Virus record (IMG/VR): IMGVR_UViG_3300029319_008461
Location: 16,845 to 80,844 of that record
Reading direction: 5' to 3' (one strand)
Length of the DNA: 64,000 nucleotides
DNA from: a virus
Position numbers and translations under genes: made by a program. The notes beneath the pieces were generated by a model that had not been told where the DNA came from, made no database searches, and saw only the letters and a list, made by a program, of their open reading frames with translations. Of the stretch, positions 58,001 to 64,000 are shown in pieces (the stretch's first letter is position 1; the number at the start of each line of letters is the position of its first letter).

Positions 58001-58434
58001 TAGCTTATGACTTTGTTGACAACATAGAGCCAAACAGAAAATACTATTATACTTTCCGATCGGCCGTTGGTGATCTTTTTTCTAATCCCACACCCATTTT
58101 TGAGGTTGAACTTAAATTAACCAACGGCTTTTATTCTCCAATAGTTAAGGAATTTGTAGCTAGCGCTTCAACAACTCAGATGCCAGCCAAAACTATGAAT
58201 AGATTTATAGAAATAAAAGGTGCAGATATTCAAACTTTACCTTTTGCTGAGGTTAGTCAAAATAGTGGGTTTGTGGACGCCAGAACTGGACTTTTTGCAT
58301 CCGAAAAAAGCCTTGTTGAGCAAACAGGTATCAATGGAATTACCGGGAACAAATTTATTGTTAGGTTAACATCCAGAGATACGGGGCGAAAAGTTAATAT
58401 TGTTCTGGACTTTACGAGCAAGGAAAACAGGTAA
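55051..58434 (+). CDS. 1127-aa hypothetical protein (probably virion) with possible FN3-like C-terminal domains
   Basis: FVDTQVKSNKFYQYELYAY and FVDNIEPNRKYYYTFRS resemble FN3 strands; TTG start. Confidence 0.55.
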   Translation: MAAGDRNQEQEQSPDLRQQELVRERRRFYDRLTNVESGQFVGSGVDFYEFVQPEGAVNQKAQSIDVLSGERSPDFVSRQVIAQRNLTTLDPINRYYAMGGDRVLRAKVTFTPLESNDAYGNQRLTPEAPTSVNVNFNVGGYKREGSRTEIKGVVRSQKTDILNAFSNTAVEKNPNLPFAEGKYRGFVFPRGSGRQEEPFNFYTEISNLASAGGGEVFTTFSQVEAYFPLSQGGRGQGRQNGPLTKTIGGDPEVVDTPGGQRSLFAISPRMERILRVLDYDTFEEFTTDHPMFRTEPVGGFGAGYSDKQVPQNRGGSPYDGYTNEIRAVLERIRDSYDLSKALEAANATLTRTERIIIQNQRDPVVYEFYDFETKTSFVDDPYISVLNQNAGTRPQRQLSVSRFRPAKVEAVFNYALEGYDNNIANRTIPESALPNLYVYQLAVGADPIQGLTGEGWDASPQGREVKRGYDGLVTLNEFISGTLPRLRADQNGEDGAISEYLTQYGQATQNSNVVVDLTSSVARRYYNQITDATSMNLYEEFNQYKHQFPLYNEVSIPMTERGSLNTLLNQSIGATSMVNSILNATPETTPFNFTSYGAIAPGVRSFGGEGDEQRREIAIVEANLTTKVYNFDTWLDATSAALNLDDTAELSLNGPWRERNGGQAAVSAWKNQVRSLVTREARQKMIMYKDLLEGTRTLSDSTTIMYKLVKYAAGDRIYDTQKRTVVQNFFFANTNEIDLLNFVDTQVKSNKFYQYELYAYDVVYGSKFEFRTRFATYPVEGDTIIERRSQTRGTLAFFSFNVNTKPSVKIVEYPLTIGGWRRRITVGPQKGQLGTVAVPTIQERPDLVIGGVSYPITKIIASPPLAPEASILSYQNTSNKILINLQRSVGEYLGRDALPYVAFNETEEEFLADLSANQKLADPNQRGRTVAYKAAKGAPQMLIYRADQINTDVATPLDFYKSFSGKLYKTLNITQGANLQNSALAYDFVDNIEPNRKYYYTFRSAVGDLFSNPTPIFEVELKLTNGFYSPIVKEFVASASTTQMPAKTMNRFIEIKGADIQTLPFAEVSQNSGFVDARTGLFASEKSLVEQTGINGITGNKFIVRLTSRDTGRKVNIVLDFTSKENR

Positions 58435-58474
58435 AAGGATCAAAAAGGTAAAAACAATACTACTTATTAAGAAC

Positions 58475-58486
58475 TTGAACGTTCAA
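58475..58486. repeat. Perfect 12-bp intergenic palindrome TTGAACGTTCAA
   Basis: Self-complementary, and flanked by CTTATT (58463) and AATAAG (58485), in the 83-bp gap before the gene at 58518. Confidence 0.6.
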
Positions 58487-58517
58487 TAAGAATAGTTATT
58501 CACAAGAGGGAGCCAAA

Positions 58518-59558
58518 ATGGCGTTTTTAGATAACAGTGGCGATATCATCTTAGATGCGGTTTTAACTGACACAGGTAGAAAAAGATTAGCAGCAGGTGA
58601 CGGAAGTTTTCGTATTGCAAAATTTGCTGTTGGTGACGACGAAATAGATTACAATCTTTATAGAAATAGTAATAGTTCTGAGGGTGCTCATCCTAGCGGC
58701 TCTGCTTTCTATGATGTTAACATTCTTCAGTCTCCTGTGCTAGAGGCCTTCACTAACAACACATCTATTATGAACCACAAGCTGGTGTCTTACTCTCGTG
58801 ACGATTTGCTTTATTTGCCCGTTATCAAGAATAATGATACTGTTTCTCAAACAGTCGATAAAAACACAACTGCATTTACAGATATTCCAGTTGGTGGATA
58901 TTTGGTAACTACAGATTACACAACATCTGATCCTGACACGTTTTCGTCAGCTACGTCTACTTCTCCATTTAGAACGTTTGTGGGTGTTGTTCGTGGAAAT
59001 CGCAGCTTCGCAACTGCTGGTCAATTTATTTGTCTTGATCAGGGTATAGATAATACAGACCTGTCTGTGCAGAAACTAGACAGCGCAGATGCGCTTAGAG
59101 AAACCCAGTATCTTGTAGAGATGGACAATAGATTAGTTCAAGTGTTGTCTTTGGATGGTACCACCGTAGCTCGGCCTTCATTCATTGATGATGATAATAT
59201 TGCAAGCTACTACTTCTCTTTAAATTCAAACGCACAATACTTTGCAGCACCGGATGGACAAGCGCCAGGTGTAGCAGAGTTTAATAGATCCACCAACGAA
59301 GATTCACCTGCCGATACATTTTCAGTTATAGGCGATACAAACGGTGGACGTTATGGCACTAGGTTTGCTTTCCGTCTTTTGGCGGCAGAAAACCTACAGA
59401 CTAGCAACGTTCTGTTTGATAAACTAGGTGGCAATACAGCGTCTAATTACGTTAATAGCGGTGCTGTGTTTAGGTTTATTGACTCAACAATTAGAGTCAC
59501 AGGTTTTACAACTGGATATAGAGTTGATATTCCTGTTAGATTTGTAAAGAAAACATAA
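58518..59558 (+). CDS. Virion protein resembling the N-terminal half of a tail-collar/fibre-attachment domain
   Basis: AVLTDTGRKRLAAG...IAKFAVGDDE resembles the P2 gpH/DUF3751 N-terminal LLTxxGxxKLA...ITHMAVGDG motif. Confidence 0.6.
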   Translation: MAFLDNSGDIILDAVLTDTGRKRLAAGDGSFRIAKFAVGDDEIDYNLYRNSNSSEGAHPSGSAFYDVNILQSPVLEAFTNNTSIMNHKLVSYSRDDLLYLPVIKNNDTVSQTVDKNTTAFTDIPVGGYLVTTDYTTSDPDTFSSATSTSPFRTFVGVVRGNRSFATAGQFICLDQGIDNTDLSVQKLDSADALRETQYLVEMDNRLVQVLSLDGTTVARPSFIDDDNIASYYFSLNSNAQYFAAPDGQAPGVAEFNRSTNEDSPADTFSVIGDTNGGRYGTRFAFRLLAAENLQTSNVLFDKLGGNTASNYVNSGAVFRFIDSTIRVTGFTTGYRVDIPVRFVKKT

Positions 59559-59572
59559 ATAAGGGTTAAATA

Positions 59573-60721
59573 ATGGCGACATCATTCAAAACATTACAGG
59601 CTTCTGATATACAATCATCAAGAACTAGACTTCACGAGGCCATTCCGATAACAGGAACAATCGTCTCGGGCACCTATTTGGTCGCCAATGCATCTACTAA
59701 TGTAAAAAACTTTAGTCACGGGATGTTCCAGAGCGTTTTTGACTATCCTTTCCTGAGTTCATCTGCGAACCACATATTTGACATTACAGTCGGACTTAGT
59801 GCTAACTCTGCCTTGTCCGCTTCAACAAATACTCAGGGCAAGCAAAAACTTCAATTGTACAATCAAATGGCTCAAATTCTAGTGGGACACGATGCTACTG
59901 GTAGTATTAGAGAGTTTGATAAAGATGGAGATTTGACGTCAGGAGAGAAGTTTCATGACGCACTGTTCTTTAACTTTTCAAGATTGTTGGTGAAAGATGA
60001 GATTCAAAAGGGTACGTTTAGGATGGAATTTAGTGTCGATCCTACAGGTGCTTATGATCAGATCTCTAGAACCAACCGTGTCATTAAGATTGAGGACTCG
60101 TCCGGCTCAAATTCATTTAAGACAAATTCGCCTGCTGGCGAATATGGTATTTTGTTTGTTACCTCGTCAACTAGTGGTACTCTTAATACTGACCTTGAGC
60201 ACAACCAAGGACTTCCTTGTGGGCTCTTGTATTATCAAGCCGGCATCGCTGTGCTTACATCATCCTTATTCAAGGTCCACGCAAGTGGTGGTCTTCTTGG
60301 TAATGAGTTATATGGTTGGGGTGGAAACTTAGCTCCAAACACGGGCGGTAAAGTTACCATGGACAGTGCCTCAAATCGTAACATTGACGAGACGCTGAAG
60401 TTAAATTCAATCAGCGGATCGGCCGATGATCTAAGGAACAGACTTCAGGATATCTATTTTGCTAACACGACGGAGCTTAACTCAACGATTTATTTCTGCC
60501 GTGCAAATGCAACAGATTTTAATTACTCAAGTAACCCAACGTATTTGTCTAAGAGTCAGATTCGTGTTAAAGAGACCAGAGAAGATTCGCCCGTGTCGTA
60601 TATAACGACGGTTGGCTTGTATGGTGCAAACAATGAGTTGCTCGCTGTTGCCAAACTAAGCGAACCACTTAAGAAGACTCCAGCGAACGAGTTTACCTTG
60701 CGGGTTAGATTAGACTACTAA
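59573..60721 (+). CDS. Virion protein resembling the C-terminal half of a tail-collar domain
   Basis: C-terminal YITTVGLYGANNELLAVAKLSEPLKK...LRVRLDY. Confidence 0.6.
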   Translation: MATSFKTLQASDIQSSRTRLHEAIPITGTIVSGTYLVANASTNVKNFSHGMFQSVFDYPFLSSSANHIFDITVGLSANSALSASTNTQGKQKLQLYNQMAQILVGHDATGSIREFDKDGDLTSGEKFHDALFFNFSRLLVKDEIQKGTFRMEFSVDPTGAYDQISRTNRVIKIEDSSGSNSFKTNSPAGEYGILFVTSSTSGTLNTDLEHNQGLPCGLLYYQAGIAVLTSSLFKVHASGGLLGNELYGWGGNLAPNTGGKVTMDSASNRNIDETLKLNSISGSADDLRNRLQDIYFANTTELNSTIYFCRANATDFNYSSNPTYLSKSQIRVKETREDSPVSYITTVGLYGANNELLAVAKLSEPLKKTPANEFTLRVRLDY

Positions 60722-60733
60722 CGGGGGTGCAAA

Positions 60734-62080
60734 ATGCCGTTCCTCCATGAGTTTGGTCCCGACGATATTTTCCAGAACGACTTGGAGACAAGTCCAACTA
60801 AGAGGATTACTGCGTACAGTGGATCTTTGTATATTGATGAGGCAAGATTCAAAGGCCTTAATGTTGCCACGTCTTCGATAAGTTTATATGAGTTAAACGT
60901 TGATAGGGCAGCTACCCTTGACGACATCAATAGTATTCATGCCTTTGTGGTAAAAGACGGCAGCAATATGTCGTTCAATAGCATAACAACAGGAACCTAT
61001 AGTGAAGCAGAATATGGAACAAAGCTGACAGGTGCCTACCCGATAACGGCTAGTATTGACAGACAGTATATTTATGGTGGTAGAACTTGGCCGTTTGGAC
61101 ATTTGTTTAGACCAAATAATGCTGACAAATTACCAGAGGGAACAACTGACTTATATTTTAGCCAAAGTAAAAGTTTGTTATCTTTAAGAACATCAATTGA
61201 TAAATATAAAAAATATAGCAGTCTTTATACTTTCTCCGGAAGTAAAACAGTAGATCCAACTTTGCCTCCGTTTTTAACTGGGGCAATCAATCTTATAAGT
61301 ATACCATCAATATTTTATGGATCTACCCTCGAAAAAGGTAGTGTGGAATTAGAGTTCTACTACAGCGGTACTCTCATGGACAAGTGTCGTGATGAAAGAA
61401 GGAATGGGGAACTTATTTCGGGACAACCGGGAGCCCTAACCAGTGGAACAACAGTAGGGCTTGTTTTATATGATGAGGGCTTCATCTTGCTGTATAACGA
61501 GGAGCCTATAAATGGTGATGACGAAATATTAGATTCATACTCGGCTACAGGGTCCGAAGGCGCTGGCAAGGGGTTTAGACCAAATTGGACATATTTTTGG
61601 TCGTACAACACAGGGTCATCTGGTAGTCAGGGTATTGAAGCCGCAGACGGCGTTGACCACGCCCCTGGCGGTGCGACTAGAACAGATGCTAATTTCGGAT
61701 ACTTTCCAAGCTCCAGTCACTTTGTCATGAGCTTTAGGGGTAAAAACACTGTTCCAACAATGACCATGTTTGCCAACGCACCGGCCGGGAAATTAAATAA
61801 TTCACTGAACCCAACTTGGATATCTTCATCTTATTCTAGCTGGAAAGAGCAAATACATTTTGATAGCTCATCTTACATAGAACCTAAAGAGATCGCTATT
61901 AAGAACACTGTTGAGTCAGAATATTGCAACTTTGAAGATAAGTTTGAAAAGCAAACATTTATTAGTAAAGTTGCAATATACGACGAGGATAAAAATCTTC
62001 TGGGTATTGCTAAATTGGCGACCCCAGTCTTGAAAAAAGAAACAGATTCCTACACATTTAAACTTAAGCTTGACTTCTAG
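60734..62080 (+). CDS. Virion protein, paralog of 59573-60721
   Basis: C-terminal FISKVAIYDEDKNLLGIAKLATPVLKK...FKLKLDF. The two proteins also share KG[TS]xxxEF and G-L-x-x-Y-x-x-G blocks. Confidence 0.6.
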   Translation: MPFLHEFGPDDIFQNDLETSPTKRITAYSGSLYIDEARFKGLNVATSSISLYELNVDRAATLDDINSIHAFVVKDGSNMSFNSITTGTYSEAEYGTKLTGAYPITASIDRQYIYGGRTWPFGHLFRPNNADKLPEGTTDLYFSQSKSLLSLRTSIDKYKKYSSLYTFSGSKTVDPTLPPFLTGAINLISIPSIFYGSTLEKGSVELEFYYSGTLMDKCRDERRNGELISGQPGALTSGTTVGLVLYDEGFILLYNEEPINGDDEILDSYSATGSEGAGKGFRPNWTYFWSYNTGSSGSQGIEAADGVDHAPGGATRTDANFGYFPSSSHFVMSFRGKNTVPTMTMFANAPAGKLNNSLNPTWISSSYSSWKEQIHFDSSSYIEPKEIAIKNTVESEYCNFEDKFEKQTFISKVAIYDEDKNLLGIAKLATPVLKKETDSYTFKLKLDF

Positions 62081-62092
62081 TATAATCACAAT

Positions 62093-62671
62093 ATGATTTT
62101 AGGACTAGATGTATCGACCACTATGGTCGGCTATGCTGTTGTAGATCCAGACACCCGTTCACTTGTGGAGGTTGATTCTTGGGATATCTCAAAGAGCGAT
62201 TCTATTTTCGATAAGGCTGAGATTATTGGGTCTGAATTGTATACCTTAAGGTCAAAATATAACATTGATAAAGTCTTTGTTGAGACAGCGCTTAAGAAAT
62301 TTCTCCCAGGCAGATCTCGTGCGGATACAATAATAAAGCTGGCTAAGTTTAATGGTATTATTTCTTGGGTATCGTTTGAGTGCTTTGATATGGAGCCAAC
62401 TTACATTAATGTCAATACAGCTAGAACACTTTATGGATTATCTTTTCCTCGTGGAACCAAAGGACCACAAAGAAAAAGAATGGTCATTGAGGCTGTCATT
62501 GAAAAAGAGAAAACATCCTTCAAGTATGAAATGGCCCGTGGTGGCAAGAACTATAAAAAGGGAACAGATGACAAAGCAGATGCTGTTGTTATAGCTCGTG
62601 CCGGCGAATATATTCTAAGGAACAAAGATAACAAGGGTTTCTTGACAGAGAAAATAATATTAGTAGACTAA
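62093..62671 (+). CDS. ruvC: RuvC-like Holliday junction resolvase
   Basis: MILGLDVSTTMVGYAV, VFVE, and DKADAVVIA form an RNase H-fold acidic set. Confidence 0.8.
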   Translation: MILGLDVSTTMVGYAVVDPDTRSLVEVDSWDISKSDSIFDKAEIIGSELYTLRSKYNIDKVFVETALKKFLPGRSRADTIIKLAKFNGIISWVSFECFDMEPTYINVNTARTLYGLSFPRGTKGPQRKRMVIEAVIEKEKTSFKYEMARGGKNYKKGTDDKADAVVIARAGEYILRNKDNKGFLTEKIILVD

Positions 62672-62678
62672 AAATTAC

Positions 62679-62706
62679 TTGACCTGGCAAGAACTTGTGG
62701 TATTAT
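62679..62706 (+). promoter_or_regulatory. Sigma70-type (early/middle) promoter
   Basis: TTGACC-N16-TATTAT with an extended -10 TGn. GGAGGT Shine-Dalgarno at 62717-62722 before the ATG at 62729. A second candidate, TTGACA-N16-TAGACT, lies at 62642-62669. Confidence 0.6.
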
Positions 62707-62728
62707 ACTCTTGGAGGGAGGTGTCCCT

Positions 62729-63334
62729 ATGAGATACCAAGTTTTTAGTGATATGGATGGTGTCCTCGTCAACTTCGAGGAAGGTGTCCTGAGTTATATG
62801 AACAAGCGCCTGCGAGAACTTCGCCACGAGCCTGATCATCCTGATTATAAACTCGCCCGTTCGGCAGCCAAAGAACTTGGCGGCTGGGATGTGGTGATCA
62901 ACAAGTGGCACATTGCCCGCTCTGACCAAGAGAGTAGCCTGCCTCGGAACTATCGTGTCCGAGACTTTATGTACCGAATGGTTGAGGATGACGTTGATCT
63001 CTGGGCCAATCTTGGCTGGGAGCGTGGCGGCAAAGAACTGTGGGATTACATCAAAGATATTCCAGGGTTGGAGATTTTGTCTGCTCCGATGGCTGAAGGT
63101 TCCAAAGTCGGCAAGCGAATCTGGGTTGCTCGTGAGTTGGGGCTGCCAGTTGAAAAGGTCAACTTGTCTGATAGCAAGAAACCCTATGGAGTTTGGAACG
63201 GCAAGCAGGGTCTCCTGATCGACGACCGTGACAAGTACGTTAACGAGTTCCGAGAGGGCGGTGGTATTGCCATCAAGCACGATCCCGATAATGTTGCGGC
63301 AACGATCGCTCAACTTAAAGAGCTAGGACTGTGA
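62729..63334 (+). CDS. 5'(3')-deoxyribonucleotidase-like HAD hydrolase (NT5C type)
   Basis: FSDMDGVLVNF, LWANL, ILSAP, GKRIWV, LLIDDR, and GGIAIKH. Confidence 0.85.
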   Translation: MRYQVFSDMDGVLVNFEEGVLSYMNKRLRELRHEPDHPDYKLARSAAKELGGWDVVINKWHIARSDQESSLPRNYRVRDFMYRMVEDDVDLWANLGWERGGKELWDYIKDIPGLEILSAPMAEGSKVGKRIWVARELGLPVEKVNLSDSKKPYGVWNGKQGLLIDDRDKYVNEFREGGGIAIKHDPDNVAATIAQLKELGL

Positions 63335-64000
63335 TTGTTTAACGACCCTAACTCAGCAAAGAAAAAGAAAATCCTTGATGAAATCCTTGGCCGACCATAC
63401 CGCCAAGGCAAGGAGTTTCTTTATCCTTCTCGCTGCTGTTCGCACCATAAACAGAAACTATCAGTCAACTTTGACAAGAATGTTGCTAAGTGCTGGACAT
63501 GTGACTGGCGCACCAAAAATTTACGACGCCTTGTCAGGCGTTGGGGCGATGTAAGTCAAGTCCATAGATGGAAGGACTTTGACGCCGATATTGAGCTAGG
63601 TGACCTAGACAACCTGTTTGCCAAGGAAGAAGATCTAAAACAGCGAATCGACCTTCCAAGTGAGTTTCAAACACTAACTGGTCGTTCTCATCCTGCCTCG
63701 GCAAGGGTGCCCCTAAACTATTTACGCAAACGTGCCGTTGGACAGAAAGACGTCCTTTATTGGAAGATTGGCTACTGCGCTTCTGGGGAATACAAAAATA
63801 GAATTATTCTCCCATCATTCGACGAAGAAGGTTATTGTAACTTTTTTACTTCCCGCACATATGACCCTAATGTTTGGCCTCCCTATCTCAACGGACCCGG
63901 TAACAAAGACATCATCTTCAACGAACTGCTGATTGACTGGGAACGAGAAGTCACTCTGGTTGAAGGCGTTTTTGACGCTATCGTTGCTGGCGAGAACAGC
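63335..64000 (+). CDS. DNA primase (Zn-finger + TOPRIM), 3'-truncated; missing from the supplied ORF track
   Basis: My translation from the TTG at 63335: ...YPSRCCSHHKQKLSVNF...KCWTC...NYLRKR...KIGYC...NRIILPSFD...FFTSR...LVEGVFDAI. The frame is open to the window end. Confidence 0.88.
   Translation, partial: MFNDPNSAKKKKILDEILGRPYRQGKEFLYPSRCCSHHKQKLSVNFDKNVAKCWTCDWRTKNLRRLVRRWGDVSQVHRWKDFDADIELGDLDNLFAKEEDLKQRIDLPSEFQTLTGRSHPASARVPLNYLRKRAVGQKDVLYWKIGYCASGEYKNRIILPSFDEEGYCNFFTSRTYDPNVWPPYLNGPGNKDIIFNELLIDWEREVTLVEGVFDAIVAGENS

Noticed and set aside
62070-62086. TTGACT...TATAAT as a sigma70 promoter for ruvC
   Set aside because: The spacer is only 5 bp. TATAAT may still be a real -10 with a weak -35, but this pair is not a valid promoter.
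62675-63313. 212-aa minus-strand ORF
   Set aside because: It is antisense to the HAD nucleotidase, which has a promoter, a Shine-Dalgarno and clear motifs. Higher GC makes open antisense frames more likely.
1-64000. Stop-codon reassignment, CRISPR array, tRNA genes, introns or inteins
   Set aside because: The standard code gives near-complete coding density with TAA, TGA and TAG all used as stops. The largest gap is about 83 bp, and I saw no repeat-spacer array, cloverleaf or intein motif by eye.
1-64000. Eukaryotic giant virus (NCLDV) origin suggested by the sugar genes
   Set aside because: The gp25/gp6 baseplate genes, peptidoglycan peptidase, sigma factor, Shine-Dalgarno motifs and overlapping operons indicate a tailed bacteriophage.

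Overview
This window looks like part of a large (jumbo-type) contractile-tailed bacteriophage genome. Nearly all real genes are on the + strand, tightly packed, and read with the standard genetic code. It has three blocks. (1) 1-25 kb: an uninterrupted cluster of about 30 nucleotide-sugar and glycosyltransferase genes. These include GT4 x2, GT-B, GT2, GT10-like and Maf/GT42-like transferases; RmlB and RmlC; RfbH- and ColD-type 3-dehydratases; a YerE-like ThDP enzyme next to PanB; NeuB and NeuA; a truncated E1 alpha/beta pair; Gmd/DmhA; and a split HldE. No flippase, polymerase or lipid-carrier transferase is recognisable in the window. (2) 25.7-62.1 kb: a gp55-like late sigma factor followed by baseplate and tail genes (M15 peptidase hub, spike, LysM giant, gp25, gp6/J, a 3631-aa LamG/gp7-like protein, tail-collar-like paralogs). 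(3) 62.1-64 kb: a RuvC-like resolvase, then a sigma70-type promoter and a GC-richer pair of genes (5'-nucleotidase, DNA primase). The main hypothesis is a phage-encoded virion O-glycosylation system: rare-sugar pathways sit next to a subset of structural proteins strongly enriched in an [S/T]-G-[S/T] tripeptide, a candidate sequon. All calls come from motif recognition by eye; no database search was run.
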